64,000 nucleotides of DNA from NCBI GenBank assembly GCA_024137785.1, contig JAHRHZ010000030.1:29483382-29547381 (forward strand), in the 5' to 3' direction. Of this stretch, positions 21,510 to 35,983 are shown one piece after another (positions within the stretch are counted from its first letter, which is position 1; every line of letters begins with the position of its first letter). Origin of the DNA: Ginglymostoma cirratum (Eukaryota). Under the pieces are notes generated by a model that searched no databases, was not told where the DNA came from, and saw only the letters and a list, made by a program, of their open reading frames with translations. Both the position numbers and the translations under genes were made by a program.

Positions 21510-24500
21510 AGGTCAGACTGGTTTCTGGAAACACCAAGTTTACACCAATGAAGGCAATTTAAGTTTGAAAGCATGAACACAAGTTTACATTTCACAGGAC
21601 ATTCCCATTAACCTCAAAACTGTTATTACCTCATTCTCTCCTGACTTTATTCAATCTTTTTCATTGAGTCCACATAAAACATTGACTTGCAGAAGGTTTT
21701 AGCTATGTGCACAATTTTCAAACCTCAAAAGCATGCACTGAGGAAGAATGTTATCTACCTGCTTCACACTTAAGAACTGAGCATTGTGCCTGCCAGAGAA
21801 GGCCTAAAGCCCACTTCTGAGATGAAGGGGACTAGTACCAGTAAGGAGGGAAGGTGAGACACCTAGGGAAAAGAAAATATACACAGAAAATGACAGAGGA
21901 AAGCAGAAAGTAAAGCATAAAGTTGTATTAGATAAGTAAATAAAAGCAGGAAAGCATACATTAAAAGTTAATATATCAGATATTTGTTTGTTACTTATGC
22001 AAAATTCCCTCAACCATGATCGATAAGATTCATCTTCAATGTTGTCAGGAGCTGTATTGATTCTTGCTAAAGGTCAAAGATTCACCATGTACTATGGAAA
22101 TTGAAACATTTCAGTTCTGTACTGCAAAATATGCAAATTTAATTTGTCAGTTCGTTTTCGTACAATTGCGCTTCAACACAAATTAGAATTGTTGTCGCAT
22201 TCTGATGGAACTCCAAGTGTTAACTCATTTTCGCTGTAGAGATGCTACTTACTACTGACTATTTTCAGAAATTTTAGTTTCCATTTTCTACTTGATCTTG
22301 TGCAGTTGTTTCCATATTGATGTCCACCTCAGCAGGTTTTCTTTCTTGGAGAGGAAGAACCTCAATCTCTACAGCTACCAATTCCATTGATGATATCCTT
22401 TAAGAGGTCCTTGTGTAAATACCATAATGATGAGGCCTATCCACCTCCCATAAAATCTCCTTCACACAAGCCAACACTTTCTCAAAAGCTAATCATAGAA
22501 CGTAGAACATAACAGCGCAGTACAGGCCCTTCGGCCCTTGATGTTGCGCTGACCTGTGAAACTAATCTGAAGCCCATCTAACCTACACTATTCCCTTATT
22601 GTCCATATGTTTATCCAACGGCCATTTAAAAGCCCTTAAAATTGGCATGTGGCATACAAATTAATTGTCTCAAAATCATCCACAAACCTCTATTCTAGGA
22701 GCACGCTGCAGATTAATGACTGGAGCAAACAATTGGTACATTGATGATGCCTTGGACTAGAGGCAGAGAAATGTAACATAAATTCAGGTACCCTTATAAA
22801 AGGGATACTCATGCAATTATTTGATGTATTTCCACAGATCAGTAAACACTTTCAGAGTGTTGCAACCTCAGATCGCGCACACAAAGTTATCAGAATCTGG
22901 AGGAAGACAGTACTGGTGGCTTGGGGACACTAGTTATACCAAGAGTTGAGCACAAATGATTCTTTTAAAAAGATAATGTGGTCATAAAAGGTATCAAGAT
23001 CAATGGCAGATGAAATGATCTGCCACTTTGGACTTTTATTTGCAGTACTTTGTTCCACAGGTTTTCTAAACAGGGAAATTTGATGTACCTAAGATCGCAG
23101 ACTTGCAGCTAGATCTGAAGTACATGCCAGACAACGTCAAACCAAAAGCTAAGCTTGCCTTTCAAAGGTCACTGCTCCCACACACAGTTCAAAAATGCAG
23201 CCTGAAGAGGTTGAACAAAGAAAAGCTCTTTCCAAAGACAACAGGAATATCAGAATCTTTACCACACCTGCACCAGCTTATAACAGAATCACATTCAGTC
23301 ACAATGGCATTTCTATGCTTTTCAAAACTGGCTTTTTGCATTTGAACTGCAGTTTCCCGGAAATTGCTACTCCCAAAATATATGCTTCAGCAGCTTTAGA
23401 TACAGGGATTTCTACAGAGACTGTCATGTTGGTCTAGTTTTATGCATAAAACAATATTGGATACAAAATTAAAAAGGAGTAATGAACCTGCCCAGGATAA
23501 CAGCGGAAATATGTACAATCACAGCCATCCTATTAGGGGAAGGATAGGAAGAAAACATGAATTCACCGAGATAAACCTGGGAAGTAGTTACTAGAGCAGA
23601 GAAGATTAAGTATGGATCAGATACAAGTCCTCAAGGAATCGGAGTATAACATTCAAACAGCCTAATCTGCTTCACTATTCAATTTATGATAGATCTGCAT
23701 CTCAACTCCATATGCCCATCACTGGTCTACATCCTCCACTGCTGATGCTCAGGAGGTAGCAGTATACACAGCCAGAACTCAACAAGGTTTGTTCACAAGC
23801 ATCTTCCAAACCTGCAGCCAACTAGAATGGCAACGGCAGATTATAGGAACACCACTACTTGTACGTTTCCCCTCCAAATCCATGCACCATCCTGACCTGG
23901 AACTATATTGGAGTTTCTTCACTGCTGCTCCAAAATCCTGGAACTCCCCTGCCTGCAGTATTCAGGGTCTCTCTACACCCCAAAGATGGAAGATCAGGCA
24001 GCAGCCCCCCACCACCACCTTCTGAACGGCAATTAAGGATGGGCAATAAAGGCTGGCTAGCCACTAACACCCACACTTGTGAATGGATAAAATCAATTCC
24101 CTTATACAAGGTGAACTTCAATCTTGATTTCACACGAACAATTGACAGTAATTTGGAAGAAAGAATTCCAAAATTCCATAAAGTGTGCTTCTTCGTTTCA
24201 CCCCCAAAAAGGCTGGTTTTCAGCAACAGTAGAAATAGTTTTGCTACATTCATTTCATCAAATCCCTTCATCATGCAAAACAATTCAAATAGATCATCCT
24301 CAAACAGTCTAAACTCAAGGAAATAAGTTCAACAAAAGCAAACTCATTTCAATTCTTTAAATTATTACTCTGGGGAATTTGCACCAAATCCCTTCCAAAG
24401 CCAGGAGGTGCAGTGCACAAAACTGAATGCAATTCCCCAGTTGGGTTGTGACGAAAACCACATATGACCCAAATATTACTTCCTTCCCTTTGTACTATAA

Positions 24501-24589
24501 AAAGGTCAACATTTCATTAGACCATTTGATTACATATTCTATATGCACCCTTGCCTATTCCCAGTTTCTTCCATCGTTCCTTGTTTATT

Positions 24590-26630
24590 ACTGTTTAGAA
24601 CATATTCCAACTTGACTTTCTCAAATCCAAATGTGTTGATTATTCTAATCCATTAACCTGTTTATGTCCCTTTGTGCCTAGCACCTGCTCCAGGTACACA
24701 CACTGCGTGCCTCTTAACTTGGCATCATCTGCAAATGCAGATATAAAAACCTTCCATTCCTCGTGGCACGTGGCAAAAAAAACTATGCCCCAGTACAGAT
24801 CCCAGGGGAACACCATGCACCACATCCCGTTGTTCGCTCCCTACAACTCCCTCACCATAACAGTAGCTCCAATTTGTGTACTTTTTGTTTCCAGCATCCT
24901 GGAACTTTGTCAAATACCCTCCGGAAGTCATTTCCCCTATAAACATCCTCTATCGACATTCCTTTATTTACCAAGTTAATATCTTCAAAAGATCGAACTA
25001 GGTTAATCAGATACGGCCCGCTCTTCACTAACCTATGACTCTTTCTGATCAGCTTCTATTTGTTCAAGTGCACAGTCACTTTCTCCTGATAAATTCCACT
25101 ACCATTCCACAATTGTTTGGTTCTTCCTCCCTTAAATAATTGTGACATTAATCCCTTATTTTTCATTTGTGTTTTATTTGGAGCATTTATGTTAATCACT
25201 TTTTTGTTCCATCACTCTTTTGCTATTTTTCTCACCTTTAGATGACAAGTATTTTCTTTCCTTCTAAAGCATTTTAAGAGAAAACAACAAAATAACATCT
25301 AAATCAGAAAGTAACAAGGTACGCAAGTTTTGCATCACTACTGAAGCCTATGCAAAGGTTAGAAATGCCCATAGTCAAAGGATTTTTGGAATATACAGCC
25401 ACCAAAAGGTGAGAGGCCTTTTTAATCACATCATTCAAGATCGAAGTAAAGAGAATAAAAGGGAAGAGGAAAATGACAGTGCAAATAGGATCAGAGGAAT
25501 AGCAGGAGGTACAAAGTGCCAAGTTTGGTACTGTAATTTCTAAACATTCTATGATTTTCCACCCTTGATTTATGCTATAAATCAGAAACTTTTCTTGTCT
25601 TTATTATTACACACCAGCACTTCACATTTTTGGTTTTACTGTTATGAACACAAGGGGAAGGAGGATTTACACAAGCTTGAGCAGCCAGTCTCTCTCTAGC
25701 CTGTACTTTCTGTTGTTAGGATTACTTGTTATCATTGGTATATTTTAGCACTAGCCATGACCATAGTAATGAGTAGGTTCAAGGGGCCAAAGGACAACAT
25801 TTAATAAGATCATGGCTGATCAATTTTACCTATACCTGTTTATTCTCTTGCCATTCAAGAATCTAACTCAGCATTAAAAATATTCAATGACCCTGCCGCC
25901 ACTGCTCCCGAGAAAAGAAAATTCCCTAGACTAACAATACTCAGAAAAATGAAGCTCTCCCTATCCCCTCACCTGCCCCACCCTGGCTTATTTTTGAAGT
26001 GTCTCCTAGCTCTGGCTCTCCCATAGGAAGTACTTTTTTTCCCAGCATCCATTCTGTTAATCCCCACAGGAATTTGTGTTTCAGTAAGATTGTTTACAGT
26101 TTTACAAGAATGAGGCACAAACAATCTGTCCAACCTTTTCTCACAAAGCAACTCCTTCATTCCAGAAATCAGCATAATTAATTTTTTATTGTTTCTAATG
26201 CAATCATATTTCCAGATGTAGTCTTACCAATGTACTAGCAAAACTCACCTACTTTATATTCCATTTCCTATACAATAAACAACATTTTATTCTCTTTCTT
26301 AATCACTTGCTGTATCTGCATACTAACTTGTGATTCACGGATGAGGACACCAAGATCTCTTTGTACCATACAGTTATGCAAGTTCACGTTTTTCCACATT
26401 ATGCTCCATTTACCAAATTATTGCTTACTGACTTGACCTGCCCATATCTCTAAAGGCTCATGTCTTCACACTTTCTTCTCCGATCTTTGGGAGATCAGTA
26501 AATTTACCAGCTACACAACAGCCAAGTCACTAAAACGATTGTAAGTGGTTCAGCCCCCAACATTAGTCCCAATAGCACTCCACTAGTTACATATTGCCAA
26601 TTCAGAGATTACCCATTTATCCCTACTGTA
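24590..26630 (-). mobile_element. Degenerate CR1-type LINE fragments (RT at ~24.6-25.15 kb; 3' region at ~25.77-26.63 kb)
   Basis: HGVPLGSVLG and VFISAFADDAKL motifs on the minus strand. Confidence 0.7.
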
Positions 26631-27073
26631 TCTATATATGTTAGCTTGCATTCATTAACCGTAAGGGGGACTAAAACAGCCAGCAATAAAAGTTGCATTT
26701 CATTCTGTAAATATCACTGCTCAACTTAGCCTCTGAGCAAACAAAAGGTTAAGTTCAAGTACGAAAGAAACTAAAAGCAGCACAAAGTATCAGGACTCAG
26801 CTGTCGATTATGCAGCTTGTTTGAACCAAATATCTGATGACCAGGAAGGTTTTTTTTGTACCAAAAAAACTTTCCCTTAAAATATTTTGTAGCTGAATTG
26901 CATACATATTTCAAAGGGCATCACCAAGTAAATTTTAAATATTACAAGGTAAAGTAGGTTATATTTCTCCAATATCACAAATAAGTTGTTTACTTGTGAA
27001 ACATTTGCCAGATTTCACAATTACAAATGTACTTGGAGATGCAAGCCTAAGGACAAGTAAGCAATTTACTCAC

Positions 27074-27173
27074 CTGTAAGATATCCTGCTGATTGTGTCT
27101 CAGAAATGAACAAATCGTGCTTTTGATCTTTGAAGGCACTCCATACAGAGGAACGAGACAGAATTTCATTCAC
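27074..27173 (-). CDS. DNAJC13: DNAJC13 exon
   Basis: [33 protein letters not shown]; 100 nt. Confidence 0.95.
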
Positions 27174-28741
27174 CTAAACAAGGACAGCTTTTTAAATATT
27201 TTAACCAGCTTCCTAGAATAAACTAAATAAACAAACATTCAATTTCTCCAAATTGTACTCTGCCAGAAATACTGATATGGAATGTTGAAAGGCAGTTTAA
27301 GCAGCTGAATTTTAAACCCAATGTCACTTTGAATTTATCATTTTCTTATGGCTCGTGACAAAGATAATAGGAGTAACTATTTTTCCACCACAAATCAGAA
27401 CACGATCAGTTAGAACAAAGGTTTTCCCCATATGATCTTCAGTTCCTTGAAACTGCCTGCTATTCATGATTGAAACAAAATTGCTAGAAATCCACGAAAT
27501 AAGTTGTCTCAGTAATGACTACAGAATGGACCCGAAAAAGCTACTGCGCTTTTTCAAGAAGCTTGCTGTTATTTTAGGTATCCAGTGGTTTAACTTCATG
27601 CCATGATGATTTATAGGAACTCCTTATGTACATTAATTGTGTTATACAACTAACTTGTGACTTGTGGTTGAAAACAATGTACTACTTGCTGAGGCTAGGA
27701 GTGTCATTTATCCAAGTTGCTTGATAAATAGTTCACTGCTGGTTGATTCCTCTAGTGCCATATCACTAACTGAAAGATTAATGCTGCAGGCTTGTGTCAG
27801 ATGAATCACTGGCTGTAGGTCTACTTGTAATAGGTCAAAGGCCAAATGTATGCTCATTTAATCAAAACATAATGACAACAAAAGTAGAACATGACAAGTG
27901 ATCAAATTTAGCCAGCTTCACCACTGATTTCTATAACCAATTGAGCTCACATGCGCTGATTAGAGCTACTGTAAGCCTTGTTCCCATGTGTCAAAATGAT
28001 TTATAGTTCAGTTCCTCAGAATTGCAGAGCAGCCTAAATACAAAACATTGCTATCTGGCTGTAAAGCGACTGATTGTATTTAATAGCTGAACAGCACAAA
28101 CAACTGATAAAAGCAAATAAAATTGTCAGATTCATCTTTGTAGAATAAAAAGGATGGCCAGTAAAATGTTGAGGGTAAAATCCCAGGAAGTAAGTAACTG
28201 TTTAATGTGTTCCACTTATTAGTGATGAGGAGCCTGTGGGAATTCAGATTTGGTTTCTTTTGGATCTTCTTGAACATTTGCTGAAATGTACAAATTATAA
28301 GCTTTCTGAAGTGTGATTAACAATTGACTGCACTGATCACAACACATGGCTGGAGGAACATGGACAGCCTTCAACATAATGTAGTTTCAGCAACTGGTCA
28401 CAAATAGAAAGGTTTTTACAACAGTTTCTGCTGTTATTGAAAACATACTCATTTTTCTGTAGTTTCGTTCCCCTTCCTTTAAAGTTGGTGATTCCTCTAT
28501 TTTGGGGGAGCAGGAATTAAAAATAAAAAGACTGGTAAGGGATATATATTTTAAAAATTGAACGATCCCTCTTTGTTCCACTAGATCAGAGAGATATTTC
28601 ATAGCTCTGTTTTCCTTGGGTTTTCCAGGTCACAGCCAAACTTATGATCAGTGCAGAGTACATCATCCTAAATACCTAACGCTGCTTTCTCAACACCAAT
28701 TCAATGTATCTAGAGGTTAATACAATATGAAGAAATCTCAC

Positions 28742-28885
28742 CTGTTCACCATACTGCAGACTCCGTGTCATTGATTTAAGTGCATTTACAATCTGTGCTT
28801 TTGTGGCAGCTGGGTTTTCAACATTCTCAAGTCCTATTCCTTCTAATAGCCGCAGGAGATATGGCACCAATTCCACTTTCAGACC
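28742..28885 (-). CDS. DNAJC13: DNAJC13 exon
   Basis: [20 protein letters not shown]...[10 protein letters not shown]; 144 nt. Confidence 0.95.
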
Positions 28886-29412
28886 CTTCAACAAACAAGT
28901 TTACACACAGCAAGCACAGTACCAAAATTAGAATCTAGTGACAAAGAGTGCTGTACAAAAAGTGAAAAGATAATTTGGAAAGAATTGCTTGCCAAGTAAA
29001 TTACAATTAAAACACTGCTACATTGCATTCTATTACACGTATCAGCAATGAAAACTCAAGATAAAGATCTAGCTGTTATCTTATTTGAATATGGACATGT
29101 AAACTATATTTGCAGAATAATTTTGCCAAATGCTACCTGAATAAACAGTACTCAGGACTAATACTTTGTTTCAAATACTGAAGTGTGGAGATCTTGTAGA
29201 TAGACAGGGTAACATATTGGATACAGGCGATAATATAAATTGTATTTGGTAGCCATGAGCTATTTTTCTTTGAAATGCAAAATACTTCATATGCAAAAAG
29301 AGGATGCATTATTAGTCGTGTTTGTGACCGTTGGTAGAGAATGAGGCTCACTTTCTTCCAATTACCATTGGGAAGCCAAAACCATAGACTTTTGACAATT
29401 TATAAATTGAGC

Positions 29413-32280
29413 ATTGCTGAAAGATAACAAATGCTTTTTTTTAAAAACATTTCGTCCGCACTATTACAAGAAATACAAAGTACGAGAAAAACAACATTCA
29501 CGCTGCATAACAGAAGAGAATGCCGATTTGTTGGCAAGTGGGCTCATTGGTAGAGGCGTTGCCATGGAGAATGCATCTGCTAATAATTTACAGTTAACAG
29601 TCAAACTTCGTTTAACTTTTAAGCCAGGCAAACTGATGGATTGGGCAAAGTATTGCCCTGTGAGATGAACTTGAGAATGCCTGTCACCTACTTTGTTATG
29701 TTGAAACAGGCAGTGTGCACACATTTTCTTTGTCTGCAAAGGTCATGTGTATTAATGTATAGCTTTTATGAATGCAAGCGCTCCCCCCACCCCTCCCCCA
29801 CTGTCAGCCTGATTGAACATACTAAACTTCATGTCAGTGTGACTTTTCTCACAGGAGTCAGCAAGCGCTGCCCAATCAGTGAATTATATCTGATGTCAAT
29901 CACTATGTTGTGAACTTTCAAGCACAGTCTGGTTAGGTACAGTCTATCCCCGTACTGTCACCAACAGCCAAAGGGCTATGTTGATAGAGCATTTTGTGGG
30001 ATTCCAATCAACTTTTCTGATCTTCACTTGCCTCAAAAATGTCTCGCAGCATTGAGAGGCTTCAAAACCAACCTGGACTTGTATATCAGTAAACACAGTA
30101 GCTGGAATAGTCACTCTCAACATGACTATAATCAAAAAAAAAAAAAAAAGCACACCATTCCTAATGAAATTCATACCCAATGGACCTGCTGTTCAGCAAA
30201 ACTGGTTGGCCTTATTTGAAAGGATGTAGTCTCAAATTACTGTCCCTTAATTCCAAGACGGAGATGAGGAAGAATTTCTTCTGAGGGATGTGTCTCTTTG
30301 GAATTCCTTGACACAGAGCTGTGGGGGCAGAGTCCTTGTGTACATTTAAGGTTGAGATATATTTTTGATCAGTACGGCCATCATGGGTTATGGGGAAAAG
30401 GCAGGAAAGTGGATGTGATCAGCTATGATTCTATTTAATGGCGGAGAAGGCTTGAAGAGCCAACTAGCCTACATCTGTTCCAATTTCTGTAGTCTTATAA
30501 AAGCAAGCTTAAAAACCTGTTTTTAACTGGACCTATTAAAAGAGCAATAACCTGCCACATAATGACTGTTTGCTCACACGGCTCACTGCGTGTCAGTGTA
30601 TGACGAGCCTTTAGGTACTACCTTATCTATCACCAGCTTTGCACAACATGAACTGGCCAATGCTTCAGTGAATTGCTGCAGTACATTGAGCTAGTTTTCT
30701 ACATAGGCACAGTGAAGGATTCCTTCACACTTGCTATGATCATACAGACTCGTACATTGATAGCAATGCAGTAGCCTTGTGCTCATTTGACATTGAATAA
30801 GCTAACAATGTACCAATCAAGGAAGACAAAGACATCTGCATTGTAGCACTTAGCCACTCATGCACTTGTTTTCAGTTTTAACAATATCATGTCTGTCCAA
30901 ATAGATGGTGCTGCCATGTGAACCCCACTGGGCCCAGACCGCTCAAACAACCTAAATGTGTTCCACAGGAAGTGTGTTCTTGATGCAATGACATCTAACA
31001 TCCTAGCCCTTGCATATTTGATATATAGGTGATACATTTACTGCATTTGAATCCACAGCCGCATGATAGAAAATTCTTACACATCTTAATGAGTTCCATC
31101 CTGTGATCAGATTCACCTTTGACTTGGAACAGTCAAATAAGTTCCCTTTCTCGGATGGGCTGGATCAGAAACTGGCCTGGAGGTTCTCTGCTATTGTCTA
31201 CAACAAACCCACCCTCACTGGTTAATAAATGCTTTAGCACTCCCACACGTCCACATACAAATTGCTCAGGTCCTGTTTACAAAGGTTGCTAATAAGACCA
31301 ATCTGACAGCTTCACGTAACACAAGTCAGCCTTATTGGCAACCTCAAACAAGGCTCAAGTAATTTGTTCACAGTGCACGCTGGTGGTTGAAAGAGGGAAC
31401 GTCAAAGTGTCCTTGTGGTATAACTGCTAGCCCGATCAAATCATCACACAATGCATATTGCGTGAACTGACTGAAAGGCATAAGGTCATTACTGCTCCCA
31501 AAAATCACCCAGCCTCTCTCAGAAGTCTGAGCAACAGAAGTAGTAAGCTGTTTCACACAGTTACTATGTGTTGCTACTGCATTCAAGTGCTGTTTCTCAA
31601 AACAAAAGGATGCTACCTTTAAGACAGAAAAAATATTCTGCCTTTAATACAAATGAGCAGTCTGGTATGTTAGTTTCAGTGGTGCGTTGATAAGAATGTA
31701 AGCTGTACATCCCAAAGACAGGTAGATCACCTCAGGCAACTGCCTTTGGACGTTCACTACAGAGTTTTAACTGGATGCAATCAGCCGTTGCATGCAAAAC
31801 TGTTCAACATCAGATGTGATTCTGCAAATCAGATACTTGCTAAATAATCCTGAGTGCGCAAAGCATTACTAAAAAACAGTTAAAGCCAGTTTAGGATCGT
31901 CAGTCAGGCTTCGAAAGACATACTTGCATGTATTGGAAGCTGCATATATTAATACACAGGGCCCTGTCCTTTGCAGACAGAAAAGCACATACACGTACTG
32001 CACCTGTTTCAATTCAATAAAATAGGTGGCAGCCATTCTCAGGCTCATTTCACAGGGTAATGTCTTAACCAGAGACAATTTGCCTAGTTTGAATTTAAAC
32101 TTTAGCAGAGAGCTGTAAATCATTGTCATGGACATTATACCAGTTAACATCTCTACTAGAGTTCGCTTCTAACCAATCAACACTGTCTTCATTTCTTCGT
32201 TTCCCTCAACAGCATTTCTCAAATTGTCTTCATGATTGCAAGACGAAATGCTTTGATAACACATGTTCTTCTCAGCAATA
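29413..32280 (+). mobile_element. Decayed Penelope-like retroelement (RT + GIY-YIG) with an inverted copy of its 3' end at the 5' side; interrupted by a CR1 tail at ~30200-30498
   Basis: CSFDI (30778), IDGAAM..PLGP (30901), YIGDTF (31022; YVDD equivalent), HLNEFHPVIRFTFDLEQSNKFPFL (31082), VYNKPTLTG (31196), degenerate GIY-YIG (31662-31740), LEAAYINTQGPVLCRQ (31933); 29413-29970 is a reverse-complement homolog of ~31740-32280. Confidence 0.85.
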
Positions 32281-32550
32281 GCAAAGAAATTGCCTTTGGC
32301 TCCAACAACAAAATCTGTACTTTTGCTACTGAATCCAATTTCTGCAAACCACTGCTTTAGACTGTTTGCAATCTCAGCATTTTGAGATCCAGAGTGCAGC
32401 CTCTGACACACTATTTTCTATAGATGTTACCCATATAACATTGCCAGCCTTGAACCCACAAGTCCATCTACTAATTAAGAATGTCATCCAGCAGAGAAAT
32501 CCTCTTCCAAATATTTGCAATGTCGCTGGCTACCTTTGCATACTCCCTTC

Positions 32551-33256
32551 CTATTTCCAAATAGTTCCTGGCACAAATATTCTTGTTTATTCTTAGAGTA
32601 AACCTGAAGCAGCTTATCAACATCTTGCATTTATACAGTACCATTTTAATGAAATATGTCCAAGGCATTTCTGACCAGAAAGTCATTGCTGAGCCAAAGA
32701 GACAGTTAATCCTTTTGAAGAGGGTGTTTGAGAGCATTGCGTTTTCCCTTTTTGTAAACTTCCAAGTGATCCATGATTTGATTATTTCCTATTCCAAACT
32801 CAATATTCCTGTGCCTGCTGAATTTCACTGACACAATGGCTTTAAAACTTACAAATGCTATCCGGGCGTTTAAATCCATTTTGGCTTCACTCCTCCATAA
32901 TGATATGAATTTCTGCATTAAAACACCTATTCTGATATCTTTTGTGAATCCTTCCTCCTCCTGTCCCACTATTTGTGGCAGGAACTTAAAACCTTTTAAA
33001 AGGGGTCAGACTGGAATTTCCAGCAATGCTTTCAAGCACCCTCTTCAAAAGGCATTGCTTGGATTAAGCTTTTGTTCATCTCAAAAACTCTCTCTCTGGC
33101 TCAATCACTTTCTGGTCAGAAATTTCTTGGGTTTTTTTCATATTAAAATAGTACTGCATAAATGGAAGGTCTTGCTAAGCTGCATCAGGTTTACTCCAGT
33201 AATAAACAACTTGTCTAGCAACAAGAAATTTGGTGCCAAAAACTATTTGCCAATAT
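32551..33256. repeat. Inverted duplication (~190/230-bp arms, ~280-bp spacer) containing an L2-like 3' tail
   Basis: 32551-32740 aligns to the reverse complement of 33023-33256; e.g. 32711-32740 vs 33023-33052 are 28/30 identical. Confidence 0.8.
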
Positions 33257-33538
33257 AAGTCGTCAATAGTGGGGTAAGGAACAAATTGAAACAGGAGAAA
33301 AATCAATTTGCACCAAGATGCACTTGCGATCGGATTCATCACAGAAGTGAGTCTCTGATAGCAACAGTCAAAGAAAGGCAAATAGAGAAAAAGAATGATA
33401 ATATTCACAAGGCCTTCTCTTGATAATGCTAATATTTACAGAAATTAATTTGTAGCTTACATCCAGCAACTAACAATAAACAATTCTACAAAATAGCAGC
33501 TCAGATTGATGAAATTCTCTAATAGAGTAGTTACCCAC

Positions 33539-33679
33539 CTGTGCTACCAAGTCAGTCTGCTCCTTCTGGAACATTCGATTCAAAGATTCCGAGGCAAGGC
33601 CTACCATATCCGATCGCACCTTCATTCCATTCATTAAAGGCCCAATAGTTTCCAGCATTGCCATGGCTCGGACGCATAA
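33539..33679 (-). CDS. DNAJC13: DNAJC13 exon
   Basis: [20 protein letters not shown]...[13 protein letters not shown]; 141 nt. Confidence 0.95.
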
Positions 33680-35983
33680 CTTAAGAAAGAAATTATTTAA
33701 AGGGTGAGTAAAGTTGAAAAGCAACCACCATTTCATTATTTATTTCTCTTACAAAAACCATTACAGGAGAAAGAGTCACTAAATAATTTGCATTGACTTG
33801 TGTCACTGGAATCGTTTAGACAATGTTAGTTATGTTATCCCCTTCTTGATGTCTGAACTAATGCATACAAAAAGTGGATTGTGAATGCACTCTAGTAATC
33901 ATTTGACAAGAATCACTAATGTATGGGCAATACCTATTTTCCCATTTTCTCTGTCTTGTCATGAACCGATGCCATCAGACTGGAGAACCTAATCTTGTCC
34001 AACAGATATAAACTTTCCTTTTTCTCATAGGGAAAAAGTATAAGGCTGTGGGAAGGGCATCCGTAACACTAAGATATCAAGGAGCAGGTGGCAGTCCAAG
34101 GTTGTGAGGGGGAGGTGGAGCGACGGCGAAGTGAAGTGAAGTGAAGAAAGCAGCAGATTATTGTGGCTATAATAACTGGGCAGTCAATAATGAGAAAGTT
34201 TGGTAACAGCGACATCATCCTTTGCAGTCACAAACTGGAGTCTCAAAGGGTGCTTTATCTGCCTTTGGAATAAGCGAGATCTCAAAGTGACTAGAAGGAA
34301 ACTGGAAAGGGAGGGTGAAGAACTGGCTGTCATGTTCATAATCTGGGACGAATGATAGGCAAAAGAACAGTGATGCAATTCTGCTGAGGGTATAGAGAGT
34401 AACCATGTTACCTGAGCCATATGCTATTGGCAAAAGGGCAAAAAGAATCTAAAAAGGCAAAGGTGGCTAAGGATTTTTGTGGATATAAAGGGGCTCAATT
34501 CTATAGAATCACTGGGACAGGCTGCAGCTAAACTGGGACACTAGCTGAAAAGGGACCGATAGTACTTTAAACTGGATCGGGGGTGACTGGAAGGATGAGG
34601 ATGAGGATGCGGATGCTCGGGCAGAAACAAAAACGTGAAATTAGTTTGAGGATGAAAAAGAGCAGAATCCAGAGCGTACTGTGTAAAAGAAAATATTTTC
34701 AGTTCTGAAAAATACCGGAAACAATAAATTAACTGATAAGAACATAACAGAAGTGGCAGTAAGCAAGTTTGACAAGACAAAAAAGGAGAGAGAGAGAGAG
34801 AGAAACAGCATTTGGGCAAAATGGCAAGATAGGATTCCACATGGTGCAGATTTCAATCAATAAAGTGACATTGTTTCATTCCTTGTTCTATCAAATTTGA
34901 ATCTCAAATCCAGTTTATAGAGAACAGTACAGGCCATTTTCATAGCCTGGCTACCAGCTGGTCATGACTGCAAAAAGAACACTCCACGTCATAAGGTTAT
35001 TAGAGAGACCACGGAAGTTGGAAGGAAGTCTAGCAATATTGATAAAGTATTATCGTATCAATACCATGGTGTTGTAATGGTGAGCATTATGATCAGTTGT
35101 GGGAGAAAGACAACTCATTTCTGATCATATTTAATCAAGGATTCTTCGAATGAAACATATCCAACGATTGAGAGCTCAAACTTCATCAAATGGTTCAATC
35201 CAATCAAGGCACTCATCAACATCCCTGGGATAATTCCGTAGCTCTAGATTTACTGGTTATAGGCAACTGCCTTTGACAGACTGGTATTCAAAACGTGCCC
35301 ATTTCTGGAAACAATTACATTAGCACAAGATGCCAGCTTGTTTCGCATAAGCACAATTGGGTTTGTCTTGACAAAACATACTATTAGAAAACCAGGCTCT
35401 CCAAACTTACATTTGTCCAATTTGTACAAAGATTGTTTGTTTATACAGAGAAAAAAAAGCATCTGAGAAATCAGCCCTTCAAATTCTGTACACCATATTC
35501 AACTGTCAAGAATCTCAGCATTACAGCATACTGTCTGCAAACGATCGCATTAATAAGCCTGCTTAACGGTTTTGTCAGTTAGAAAGGCTCTCTCAAAAGG
35601 ACAGACAGTTTATCTGCTACAAAGTGAAACGTAGTGGAACTAGTCCAGTAGCAGGTTGCAGAAAGGGAGGACTTTTACTCTACAGTATGTCAGTCAGATA
35701 GAAAAATTGCTTACTCTAAGCTTATTTCAGGTAAGGAGGGAAATGGGCTTGACAATGGAAGCCATTTTGTAGCACAAATAAAATGACAATTTAGCAGCAA
35801 GGCAAAACAATAATAGACAAGTGAGGATGAATACATTTGCATTACTCACATGGTATGAAACAAACCCAACACATGCAATGAATATTTCTGAAACTGCAGA
35901 ATCCAAAAACATTAAAACTTGAAATCTGTAGAATTGGGAAAACAAAGTTGATATTGAAGCACTGAAATCAAATAAATTTTTAC

